Below are positions 18,664 through 27,351 of a stretch of 64,000 bases of DNA, in pieces. This DNA comes from an uncultured Solirubrobacteraceae bacterium (GTDB lineage Bacteria > Actinomycetota > Thermoleophilia > Solirubrobacterales > Solirubrobacteraceae). Below the pieces are notes generated by a model. It was given only the letters and a program-made list of their open reading frames with translations. It did no database searches and was not told where the DNA came from. Numbering within the stretch: position 1 is the first letter of the stretch; every line of letters begins with the position of its first letter. The stretch lies in contig CAZPQW010000018.1 of the NCBI GenBank assembly GCA_964588985.1, positions 8,442-72,441 of the forward strand, in the 5' to 3' direction. Position numbers and translations under genes: made by a program.

Positions 18664-19988
18664 GTCTTCAGACCGCAAAGAGCCCCTCGAAGCAGCGGAC
18701 GCGCTCGTGCGCGACCGGCCTGGCGTGCCACCGCTGCGACAACCACTACGCCCTCGAGGACACGGTGTTCTCGTGCCCGGACTGCGGCAAGGGCCTCGAC
18801 GTGGTCTACGACTACGAGCTGGCGGCGAGCCACTTCAGGGACTTCCCAAGCTCGGAACGCCCGCAGAACATCTGGCACTTCGAGGAGCTGCTGCCGATCG
18901 TGGACGCGGCGGCACAGGCGCGCGTGGGTCAGTTCTCCGGCTACACGCCGCTGATCCGCGCGGATCGGCTGGGCGCGGAGCTTGGGCTGAACAACCTGTA
19001 CCTGAAGGACGACTCGAGCAACCGCCCGAGCCTCTCCTACAAGGACCGCGTGGTGTCGATGTCGATTGCGCGCCTGTTGGAGCGCGGCAAGACGGAGATC
19101 GGCTGCGTGTCGACCGGCAACGTGGGCACCGCGGTGGCGTCGCTCGCGGCGAAGGCGGGCGTGGACGCGTACGTGTTCTACCCCAACGCGCTGGAGGACA
19201 TGAAGGCGCGGGCGTGCATGGCGCTCGGCGCGAAGGTGTGCCAGGTGGAGGGCAACTACGACGAAGCGAACCGCCGCTGCCGCGAAATCGCGGAAGCGAC
19301 GGGCATGGACTTCGCGAACATCACGCTGCGCCCGTTCTACGCGGAGGGCGCGAAGACAGCGGCGTTCGAGATCGTGGAGCAGCTCGGCTGGAACTCGCCA
19401 GACCACATCATCACGGCGGCCGCCGGCGGCACGCTTTCGTCGCGCCTACACAAGGGCCTCGACGAGCTGCAGCTGCTGGGCCTGTCGGAGACGGACGGCA
19501 CGCGCATCCACATCGCCCAGCCGAGCGGCTGCAACCCGATCGCGACGGCGATCCTGGCCGAGGAGGCGGAGGTCCACCCGGTGACGCCGGAGACGGCGGC
19601 GCACTCGCTGGCGATCGGCGCCCCCGGCGACGGCTACTTGGTGATCGACGCGGTGCGCAAACGCGGCGGCACGGGCGGGTTCGCGAGCGACCCGGAGATC
19701 TTCGCGGGCATCGACCTGCTGGCGGCGACCGAGGGTCTGTTGACGGAGCCCGCGGGCGGCACGACGATCGCGGTGCTTGAGAAGCTCGCGGCGGTCGGTC
19801 GCTTCGCCCCCGACGACACGGTGGTGGCGATCATCACGGGCAACGGGCTGAAGACGCTGTACGACCACCCGCAGAAGCCGTGGCCGGCGAAGGTGGACTG
19901 CGAGCTGGACGCGATGATGGCGGCGCTCGAGGAGCTCAAGAGCGGCGGCTCGCTGATCGACAGCGCTCGCGAGCAACTGCACCCGTAG
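18660..19988 (+). CDS. threonine-synthase-like fold-type II PLP enzyme
   Basis: ATGA overlap with the LeuRS-paralog stop; CHRC..CPDC zinc ribbon, SYKDR, STGN, YAEGAKT, TEPAGG, ITGNGLK. Confidence 0.9.
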   Translation: MSLQTAKSPSKQRTRSCATGLACHRCDNHYALEDTVFSCPDCGKGLDVVYDYELAASHFRDFPSSERPQNIWHFEELLPIVDAAAQARVGQFSGYTPLIRADRLGAELGLNNLYLKDDSSNRPSLSYKDRVVSMSIARLLERGKTEIGCVSTGNVGTAVASLAAKAGVDAYVFYPNALEDMKARACMALGAKVCQVEGNYDEANRRCREIAEATGMDFANITLRPFYAEGAKTAAFEIVEQLGWNSPDHIITAAAGGTLSSRLHKGLDELQLLGLSETDGTRIHIAQPSGCNPIATAILAEEAEVHPVTPETAAHSLAIGAPGDGYLVIDAVRKRGGTGGFASDPEIFAGIDLLAATEGLLTEPAGGTTIAVLEKLAAVGRFAPDDTVVAIITGNGLKTLYDHPQKPWPAKVDCELDAMMAALEELKSGGSLIDSAREQLHP

Positions 19989-20008
19989 GGAACGGCCGGA
20001 GGCTCGAG

Positions 20009-21223
20009 CTGCAGGGGGCACGGCAATCGTGGCGGGCGGTCGGGGCGTATGCGCTCGCGGCGGCCGCGAGCCAGATGCTGTGGCTGACGTTCGCTCCGAT
20101 CACGACCGCGAGCGCGCACCACTTCCACGTCTCCGAAGCGACCGTGGGGTGGCTGTCGGAGGTGTTCCCGCTGGTGTACGTGCTGCTGGCGATCCCCGCG
20201 GGGATGGCGCTCGACCGCTGGTTCCGTCCGGCGTTGATCGCGGGCGCGACGCTGACGGCGCTCGGCGGGCTGGTGCGCCTCGGTGGGGATGGGTTCGGCG
20301 TGGCGTTGGCGGGCCAGGTGCTCGTGGCGGTGGGCCAGCCATTCGTGCTGAACGCGATCACGAAGCTCGCGGGCGAGTACCTGCCGGCGGAGAAACGCCC
20401 GGAGGGGATCTCCTACGGCTCGGCGGGCATCTTCGGCGGGATGCTCCTCGGGCTCGGGCTGGGTCCCGTGTTGGGCAGCTCCGGCAACCTGCACACGCTG
20501 CTGTTGGTCAACGCCGTCTTCGCGAGCGTGGCGCTGGTGGCGCTCGCCGCGGCTCTGCGCGCGCCTGGGATCGGCGGCGAGCACGAGGACACGCTGGAGC
20601 CGAGCGGCCTGCGTGCGGTGTGGAACGACCGCCTGATCCGCAACGTCGCGGGCGTGTCGTTCCTCGGCTTCGGCGTGTTCGTGGCGGTGACGACGTGGCT
20701 TCAGGCGCTGCTCAGCCACTCGGGCGTGTCCTCCGACACCGCCGGCGGGCTGCTCGTGGGCATGGTCGTGGTGGGGATCGTAGGCTCGGCGGTGGTGCCG
20801 GCGGCGGTCGCGAGACGCGGACAGACCTTTGGGCTGATGCGCGTCTCGGCGCTCGGCGCGTCGTTCGCGTGCCTGATGCTCGCGACCCTGGACTGGCTCC
20901 CCGGCTTCGCGGTGGCGGTGGCGCTGATCGGCTTCCTGCTGATCACGAGCCTGCCGGTGATGCTCGAGCTGACCGAGCGGCGGGCGGGCGTGAACGGCGG
21001 CAGCGCGACGGCGCTGATGTGGATGGCCGGCCAGGGCGGCGGCATCGTGATCGCGGTGATCGTGCAGGTGGTGGTCCACCACCCCACCGTCGCGTTCGTG
21101 CTGATGGCGGTGGCCGCGGCGGGCGCGCTGCCTTTGATCGACGCGGCGTCGCGGGTTGCGGAGGCTGAGGATCTGGGCTTGGCGCAGGCCGATGAGGCGA
21201 TCACGCTACGCGTCGGCGCCTAG
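20009..21223 (+). CDS. MFS transporter
   Basis: About 12 hydrophobic helices; motif-A-like GMALDRWFR. Start uncertain: in-frame CTG 20009 sits 6 nt after GGAGG. Confidence 0.85.
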   Translation: MQGARQSWRAVGAYALAAAASQMLWLTFAPITTASAHHFHVSEATVGWLSEVFPLVYVLLAIPAGMALDRWFRPALIAGATLTALGGLVRLGGDGFGVALAGQVLVAVGQPFVLNAITKLAGEYLPAEKRPEGISYGSAGIFGGMLLGLGLGPVLGSSGNLHTLLLVNAVFASVALVALAAALRAPGIGGEHEDTLEPSGLRAVWNDRLIRNVAGVSFLGFGVFVAVTTWLQALLSHSGVSSDTAGGLLVGMVVVGIVGSAVVPAAVARRGQTFGLMRVSALGASFACLMLATLDWLPGFAVAVALIGFLLITSLPVMLELTERRAGVNGGSATALMWMAGQGGGIVIAVIVQVVVHHPTVAFVLMAVAAAGALPLIDAASRVAEAEDLGLAQADEAITLRVGA

Positions 21224-21606
21224 CGACGCGCAACAGAAGAGAGCGCGAGTGCCGTCGGCATTTGCGGTTTTTACACCGCGGCCGGTTTGGCGGTCGTTCC
21301 TCAACGGAACACTCACGCTCTCTGGGGCGATCATGATCGACCTGGCTGCCGAGGTCATCGCGGCAAACTACCCGCACGCGATGAGGGTTCGGCCGCAGCA
21401 GTGGCGTCAACGCAGCGGCCAAGGCCTGACGCCGGATCGACCGCTGTGCATCACCCTTCCAGCCCTGATGCTGGCACCAGGCGCGCGGTGAGGTCGCAGC
21501 GGCGGCTGGAGCGCTGGGTGCACGGGGCAGCGACGCCGATCGCCAGGCGAGTGGTGAACGCCTTCTCTACATCGGGCCGGAAACCCAAGAACACCGTGGC
21601 GCATCG

Positions 21607-22110
21607 TCAGTCCTCGCAGATGTCGGCGGTCTGGGCAGCGGTGATGCGGACGATCTCGCGCGGATCGAGCAGCACCGAGTGGCGGTGGTCGCCGGCTGGG
21701 CAGAGGATCTGCTCGTGCCCCGTGAGCGCGCTGTCGATCACCTCGGCCGCTGGGACCATCGGGCCGAAGGGCGGGACGGCGCCGACTTCCAGCAGCGGGA
21801 AGTCCCGGGCGATCTCGTCCTCGCTCGCGAGCCGCAGCTGTCGCGTGGCGCCGAGCAGATCGCGGAGCTTGTGCAGATCGAGGCGGTCGGAGGCGGGTAT
21901 CGCGGCGATCACGTAGATGTCGCCGTCGTGCAGCACGATCGTCTTCGCGACCCGGCCGGGCGGAAGATGCGCGGCGCGCGCCTCAGCAGCTGCGCTCGTC
22001 GTCCGTGCGTGCTCGACGAGCTCATACGACGTACCCGTACCCTGCAGAAACCCGGTGATCGCGTCGACGCGAGTGGTCTCGACCGCGCCCGACGCTCCGT
22101 CATTCAGCAT
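21607..22110 (-). CDS. YbaK/ProX-family aminoacyl-tRNA deacylase
   Basis: VAKTIVL (conserved Lys), LASEDE, GAVPPFG, AGDH. Confidence 0.88.
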   Translation of the reverse strand: MLNDGASGAVETTRVDAITGFLQGTGTSYELVEHARTTSAAAEARAAHLPPGRVAKTIVLHDGDIYVIAAIPASDRLDLHKLRDLLGATRQLRLASEDEIARDFPLLEVGAVPPFGPMVPAAEVIDSALTGHEQILCPAGDHRHSVLLDPREIVRITAAQTADICED

Positions 22111-22298
22111 CGTTCTCCCCTCCCTCGAAATTGGTCCTGTGCATCGTGCTTGAGACGCTACGCCTGTGGGGATGCGGCGTTATACGGGGAAACCACGGGA
22201 GTGGGTCGCGGGACTATACGCCTGGCAAATAGATCAACATCGGCGTTCACTACGGTCATTGCCGTGGGTTTCTACCCCACCTGTCAGGCGTGTCGGGA

Positions 22299-22351
22299 AT
22301 AGAAAAACCCCGCCGTAGCGGGGCTTTTCCTTAGCGGGTCGATAAGCCGGA
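22299..22351 (-). repeat. direct repeat copy 1 (attR-like): rnpB 3' end plus terminator
   Basis: 52/53 nt identical to 23838-23890; the only difference is 22316 t vs 23855 g, in the hairpin loop. Confidence 0.95.
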
Positions 22352-22456
22352 GGTTTGGGACTCGGTTAGGACGCGCCGCCGACCTGCTTCAGGAGGACGG
22401 CCGGTATGCCGATTGGCTGGATAGCCTCCACAGAAGGCGTTACGCTCTGATTGACG

Positions 22457-22648
22457 ATGACTTTGCGGATAGAACATGTTGACGTTCAGGTGCTTCTCGA
22501 TGAAGAGGAGAGGGATCGCCGCGCCGATGAGGTGGCGCTGCGATCTGGACGTAAGACGCACGAGCAGCTCAAGCGCGAAAACGAGGTCTTTGCGCTTCCG
22601 CCGAGTCGCATTCGGATCAACCTCGACTCAGCGCACTCTCTTTCCTGA
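22457..22648 (+). CDS. small protein, possible antitoxin/partner of the downstream nucleotidyltransferase
   Basis: 63-aa ORF ending 23 nt before the NTase-like gene. Confidence 0.55.
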   Translation: MTLRIEHVDVQVLLDEEERDRRADEVALRSGRKTHEQLKRENEVFALPPSRIRINLDSAHSLS

Positions 22649-22671
22649 GCGACGATTCCAGAGCCGCACAC

Positions 22672-23477
22672 GTGGCTGAGGAGCATCAGAGCGAGGCCGA
22701 GCTGCCTCCGCTGAAGATCGACGAAACCGAGCGCATCATCGCTCGCCTTGAGCAAGTCGTCCGCGATCGGCGAGTCGTCCTTGTCGGTGGACAGGCAGTC
22801 GCCATTTGGGCATCGAAGCTCGCAGATCGGATAGCGGACACGCTCGTCGAGGCAGTGGCGAGTCGAGATATCGATCTTCTCGGCAACTCCTCGGACCTCC
22901 GACAGTCAGCCGAACTACTCGGCGGACGTATCCGCGTAGCTACTTGGGAGGACCGCACACCCTTACCGGCGTCGCCATCTTCCTCGACAACGAAGGTCAC
23001 GAGCGCCGCCTCGATGTCTTGGCAAGCATCTACGGAATGAACTCCGACGACATCAGACAGACAGCCATCGAGGCAGAGTTGCTCGTGGAAGATGATCGGC
23101 TCGTTCATGTCTGGGTGATGCACCCAGAGCGCTGCATGGAGAGCCGCGTCCACAACAGCGCTCTCTCGAACAAGCAAACGGACCTCGCCTGGCGCCAGCT
23201 CCGAGCCTCCATCCTCTGCGCGCGTGCGTTCAGCCAACTACTACTCGATGAGCGCGGCGAGGCCGCGGTCCGCGACGTTCTGAAGCTCAACGAGCCCATC
23301 TTCCGTTTCGCGCAGCAAGACCGCTGCTCGGCGCTCGCGTCCGACAGAGGGATCGATGCTTTCGACGCCGTGCTCGATGACGAGCGGCTGCCCGATCAGT
23401 TCAGGACAGTCCGGCTGCCCCAGATGCAGGACAGGATTCTGACCGTGCGCCAACAACAACGCGACCGCACGTTGTGA
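22672..23477 (+). pseudogene. Pol-beta-superfamily nucleotidyltransferase-like gene with a 1-nt frameshift near 22963
   Basis: Frame A: VVLVGGQAVAIW..SRDIDLLG..EDRTP. Frame B continues TGVAIF..RRLDVL..VMHPERCMESRVHN. Confidence 0.7.
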
Positions 23478-23837
23478 ACACCACCCCGATGCCAGGGCAT
23501 CCTGGCGGGCATCTGTTCGTCGACGGCGGGAGGGGCCCGCTTGGCACGGCGCCGCCATCAACTCGGCGCAACGTAGGGACGCCACGACGATCGCAGAGTG
23601 CGCACCAGCAGATCCCCGGATGCCTCCTACTCAGCGCACCCAAGGCTCCATCGGAGCGATAGCGCCGATACCGACCGGAAGCAGGCTGCGGGCGACCGGT
23701 GCTCCTGCTAGAACTTGCGTCGCGGTGTGGAGCGCTGCCGGCCAGAGGTCGGGTGCCCGCGCCGAGCGATCCCATAGAAATCGCCGTCGTCATCCGGTTC
23801 CAGCGCTTAGCGTGTTTAGTCTCCAGCTACTGAACAC

Positions 23838-23890
23838 ATAGAAAAACCCCGCCGGAGCGGGGCTTTTCCTTAGCGGGTCGATAAGCCGGA
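23838..23890 (-). repeat. direct repeat copy 2 (attL-like), within and after the intact rnpB
   Basis: Matches copy 1. Confidence 0.95.
23840..23868 (-). terminator. rnpB intrinsic terminator
   Basis: AAAAGCCCCGC-UCCG-GCGGGG-UUUUUCU on the minus strand. Confidence 0.85.
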
Positions 23891-24197
23891 TCCTGTCGTT
23901 GAGCAGCCATCCATCTGAGCGGCCTACCTGGACCTCGGCGGGCAGCCTGCAAACGGTCCCGTTTGGCCTTGCATCGAGTGGGGTTTGCCCAGCCGCCGCG
24001 TCACCGCGACGCTGGTGCGCTCTTACCGCACCATTTCACCCTTGCCGGCCCGCCGTTCACGTGGGACGGCGGACGTAGGCGGTTTGTTTCTGTGGCACTT
24101 TCCCGCGGGTTTCCCCGGGTCGATACCTCGACCACCCTGCCCTGTGATGTCCGGACTTTCCTCGAAGGCTTGCGCCTCCGCGGCTGCCTGACCTGCA
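23872..24197 (-). ncRNA. rnpB: RNase P RNA (bacterial type A)
   Basis: GAGGAAAGTCCGG, AGTGCCACAGAAA, GGTGAAATGGTGCGGTAAGAGCGCACC, GGCAAACCCC..GCAAG, ACAGGATCCGGCTTA; P1 GCAGGUC/GACCCGC. Confidence 0.97.
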
Positions 24198-24277
24198 CGG
24201 TCAACGTAGCGCGCGAGAGGCGCTCTGTGAAGGGGTGGGTTCGCACGCCCGACCGCGGGCAGCGAGGCGGCTGGAGC

Positions 24278-24901
24278 TCAGACCCGCCTGAGCAGACCCA
24301 CGACGCGGCCGAGCACCTTGACCTCTTTGCTGCGGATCGGCTCCATCGTCTCGTTTTCGGGCTGCAGCCTGACGTGGTCCTTTTCGCGGAAGAAGCGCTT
24401 CACGGTGGCCTCCTCGCCCAGCAGCGCGACCACCACGTCTCCATCCGTGGCGGTGTCCTGCGGATGCACGACCACGTAGTCGCCTTCGAGGATGCCCGCG
24501 TCCTTCATCGAGTCGCCGCGGATGCGCAGCACGTACTCGCCGTCGGCACCCCCCGCGATCTCGGGGATGGACACGTATTCCTCGATGTTCTCCTCAGCGA
24601 GCGTCGGCTGCCCTGCGGCGACCGAACCGACGAGCGGGAGACCTTCCGAGCGGACGATGCCCCGCACGCTGTCAACCGCGCTTTCCACAGCCCGATCGAG
24701 CAGCTCGATCGCCCGGGGCTTGGAGGGGTCGCGCCGTAGCAGCCCGATCTTCTCGAGGTTCGCCAAATGAGCATGCACGGTCGAGGAGGATGCGAGGCCA
24801 ACCGCCTTGCCGATGTCACGCACCGTCGGTGGATATCCGTACTTCGCCGAGTACTTGCGGATGAAGTCGAAGATCTCCTGCTGGCGCTTCGTCAGATCCA
24901 T
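24278..24901 (-). CDS. lexA: SOS repressor LexA
   Basis: MDLTKRQQEI, PPTVRDIG, VAAG cleavage site, GDSM, TVKRF. Confidence 0.97.
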   Translation of the reverse strand: MDLTKRQQEIFDFIRKYSAKYGYPPTVRDIGKAVGLASSSTVHAHLANLEKIGLLRRDPSKPRAIELLDRAVESAVDSVRGIVRSEGLPLVGSVAAGQPTLAEENIEEYVSIPEIAGGADGEYVLRIRGDSMKDAGILEGDYVVVHPQDTATDGDVVVALLGEEATVKRFFREKDHVRLQPENETMEPIRSKEVKVLGRVVGLLRRV

Positions 24902-24941
24902 GCCTGGATGCCTCCCAGCTCGGGTTGACCGTGTGCTCCAA

Positions 24942-24955
24942 CGAACATGTGTTCG
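24942..24955. promoter_or_regulatory. LexA SOS box
   Basis: CGAACATGTGTTCG matches the Gram-positive CGAAC-N4-GTTCG consensus, 40 nt upstream of lexA. Confidence 0.9.
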
Positions 24956-25046
24956 CACTGTAGCGACGGTCGTGGACGGATGCAACATCTGGCACCCGCA
25001 GCCCACCCGCTGCCAGCCTCATCCCGAGGCTATACTCGCCCACTCT

Positions 25047-25132
<86 letters not shown>

Positions 25133-25169
25133 TTCGCTCCGTGTACCACCTGCTTGGTACACTGCGTAG

Positions 25170-25412
25170 ATGGCTTCGACGTCTCGTGTTCAGGTCACGC
25201 TCGACGCGGAGCTCGCCGCTGCGGTGGAGGAGTTCGGGGGGGCTGAGCCGCGGTCTCGTGCCGTGCGAGATCTGGCCGTCCGTGGTGCTGAGGCAATGCG
25301 CGCGGAGCGCGCGGGCAGACGCGACGCACAGGAGCATTTGATCCGGATTGCGGCGGGCGAGGACGACGGCTACGACTTCGCCGTCTCAGAGCAGCTTCAT
25401 GCCGCCCGCTGA
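25170..25412 (+). CDS. VapB-like ribbon-helix-helix antitoxin
   Basis: RVQVTLD..RSRAVRDLA; overlaps the PIN gene. Confidence 0.75.
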   Translation: MASTSRVQVTLDAELAAAVEEFGGAEPRSRAVRDLAVRGAEAMRAERAGRRDAQEHLIRIAAGEDDGYDFAVSEQLHAAR

Positions 25413-25830
25413 GCCTTACGGCTCCGGCGGACTGCTCGTATTCGATACCTCGGCCTGGAACCGTCAGCGAGATCCGCAGGTGCTCGCACGATGGCTCGCC
25501 ACTGCAAGCGCCAACCTGCTTGCTGTTTGTCCCGTAGTGGCGCTGGAGTTGCTCGCGAGCGCCCGTGACGAGCAGAAGTTCGCCGACCTCGATCGCACCT
25601 TCACGTCGCTACCTGCGGCCCCCGTCACACGTAGTGCCTGCGCAGCGGCCCTCAGCGTCTCACGCGAGCTGCGCGGCGAGCGGCGCATACCTGCAGCCGA
25701 CTACCTGATAGCGGCTGCCGCGGCTGGACGCGGCGCCGGAGTACTCCACTACGACCATCACTTCGACCCACTCTGCCGCGCACTCGGCATCGAGAGCGTG
25801 TGGGTCGCAGAGCCCGGCTCCGTCGACTGA
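25399..25830 (+). CDS. VapC-like PIN-domain toxin
   Basis: VFDTSAW, LELL, ADYLIAA, HYDHHF. Confidence 0.88.
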   Translation: MPPAEPYGSGGLLVFDTSAWNRQRDPQVLARWLATASANLLAVCPVVALELLASARDEQKFADLDRTFTSLPAAPVTRSACAAALSVSRELRGERRIPAADYLIAAAAAGRGAGVLHYDHHFDPLCRALGIESVWVAEPGSVD

Positions 25831-25891
25831 TCCGCACCTGGACTTCATGGTTTGATCGGCGTCCAGGCTGCCGCATTTTGGCAGCAGGCAC

Positions 25892-26359
25892 TCAGGCGCT
25901 GATCCGCCCAGGGCGCAGGGGCCGCACGTGCTCTTGGACTTTTCGGAGCGCGGCAGTGACGCTCGCGAGCTCGGAGCGGCTGAGATGAGCCAGATAGTGC
26001 TCCTTGATTCCCCGCCTGTGAACCGAACGCGCGGCCTCTAGCGCCTTGACGCCCTGGGGCGTGATCAGTACGCGCACGACGCGCCGGTCCTCCGGAGGTC
26101 GCTCGCGGCGCACCAGGCCGGCTTCCTCCATGCGGTCGATGACCCGGGTCAGTCCGCTCTTGCTCGCCAGGATGCGATCGGCCAGTTCGGTCATGTTCGC
26201 CCCTTCCGAGGCCTCCTCAAGATGCACGAGGGCGTCATACCAGTCGAGACTCATCCCGCGCTCGGCCTGCATCTCGTCGTCGAGGATGTCGTTCAGCGCC
26301 CACGCGGTCTCCAGGAAGACGCGCCAGTCGATCAGGTCTTGGCGGGAAGGCGTTGACAC
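25892..26359 (-). CDS. MarR family regulator
   Basis: SKSGLTRVIDRMEEAGLVRR..DRR..ITPQG. Start approximate. Confidence 0.9.
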   Translation of the reverse strand: MSTPSRQDLIDWRVFLETAWALNDILDDEMQAERGMSLDWYDALVHLEEASEGANMTELADRILASKSGLTRVIDRMEEAGLVRRERPPEDRRVVRVLITPQGVKALEAARSVHRRGIKEHYLAHLSRSELASVTAALRKVQEHVRPLRPGRISA

Positions 26360-26371
26360 AGCATGCTCCAC

Positions 26372-26418
26372 TCTGCAATAGTCCAACTTGCAACTATTCA
26401 TTTACGGACTAATGCAGA
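26372..26418. promoter_or_regulatory. probable MarR operator
   Basis: Inverted repeat TCTGCAATAGTCC..GGACTAATGCAGA (12/13) plus AATAGT-N10-ACTATT, between divergent genes. Confidence 0.55.
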
Positions 26419-26445
26419 TCGTAGCAGTCTGAAAAGGAGACCCAA

Positions 26446-26715
26446 ATGGTACGTATGTTCGTCAAGCACCAGGTCGCTGATTACCCCGCGTGGCGCGAGG
26501 TCTACGACAGCATCGACGACACCCGCAGCCGGTATGGCGTGACGGCCAAGGCCGTCTACTGCTCGACCAGCGATCAGTGCGACGTGACGGTCTCACACGA
26601 CTTCGACAGCGAGGACGCCGCGCACAGTTTCGCCGAGTCGCCCGAGCTGCATGAGGCGATGGGTCGCGCCGGGGTGCAGGGCGCCCCCGAGATCTGGTTC
26701 ACGACGCCCGCCTGA
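26446..26715 (+). CDS. small dimeric alpha-beta barrel (cyclase/ABM-like) protein
   Basis: HQVADYPAWR..VSHDF..AMGRAGVQGAPEIWF; SD aggag. Confidence 0.75.
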   Translation: MVRMFVKHQVADYPAWREVYDSIDDTRSRYGVTAKAVYCSTSDQCDVTVSHDFDSEDAAHSFAESPELHEAMGRAGVQGAPEIWFTTPA

Positions 26716-26859
26716 GGCGCCCACCCTGGCGGCATCCCTGAGCGAGCCTACGAGCCGGTGACGCTCGTGGAGCTCGGCGGTCCCACGGCGCTCTGCGCCT
26801 AACGATCCAGAGACGACCAGCTGGGCCGGTCCACGCCGGCCGGCCCAGTCCTCCAAAAG

Positions 26860-26989
26860 CGGGAGCTCTGGCTGCTGTCTCGACCTGCGGCGGCGGAAGC
26901 ATCCGAAGGTAATCAGCCGGCAGCTCGTGGCTCGCATCCCAGAACTCCAACCCCACGATCTCCCCCGCGCTCAGGTCAACGTGAATCAT
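26860..26989 (-). pseudogene. DUF2283-like fragment
   Basis: IHVDLSAGEIVGLEFWDAS resembles the C-terminal half of DUF2283; the N-terminal YD..D..YI part is not seen. Boundaries approximate. Confidence 0.4.
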
Positions 26990-27342
26990 CAGAGCCCGAG
27001 TTTGCGTACGCCTGCCTCGTCGAAGCCGAAGTGGTGACCAACCTCGTGACGCACCGTCTTGATCACGTGCGCCCGGAGGCGGTTGGGATCGTCGCCGAAG
27101 TCGCGTACGAGCGTGTCGCGAAAGATCAGGATCTCATCTGGCAAGCCGCCACCCCCGAAGAATGGGGTACCACGTAGCCGAGAGCCGACGTACATGCCGT
27201 AAGCATGGTTCTCCGCGCCGCGGTCGGAAACGACGACCGCCACGTGCTCCAGCGCTCGTTGGAACGCGATCGGAAGTTCGTCGAGCGCTGAGCTTACGAG
27301 TGCCTCAAACTCCTGCTCGCTGTTGTGTCGGGGCTTGCCCAT
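26989..27342 (-). CDS. zincin-like minimal metallopeptidase
   Basis: YGMYVG..PDEILIF..TVRHEVGHHFG. Confidence 0.85.
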   Translation of the reverse strand: MGKPRHNSEQEFEALVSSALDELPIAFQRALEHVAVVVSDRGAENHAYGMYVGSRLRGTPFFGGGGLPDEILIFRDTLVRDFGDDPNRLRAHVIKTVRHEVGHHFGFDEAGVRKLGL

Positions 27343-27351
27343 GACTCGAAC

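Larger units (their letters stand above)
22299..23890. mobile_element. small genomic islet integrated at the 3' end of rnpB (no integrase visible)
   Basis: Flanking 53-bp direct repeats; accessory cargo whose codon usage looks less GC-biased than the flanks. Confidence 0.7.

Noticed and set aside
21224-21606. Short ORF fragments between the MFS and YbaK genes
   Set aside because: No recognisable family or consistent frame; possibly decayed DNA.
23478-23837. Possible integrase remnant inside the rnpB islet
   Set aside because: No tyrosine- or serine-recombinase motifs in the ORFs I could read.
22299-23890. 53-bp repeat as a CRISPR or REP element
   Set aside because: Only two copies 1.5 kb apart, explained by the rnpB 3' end; no arrays or cas genes in the window.
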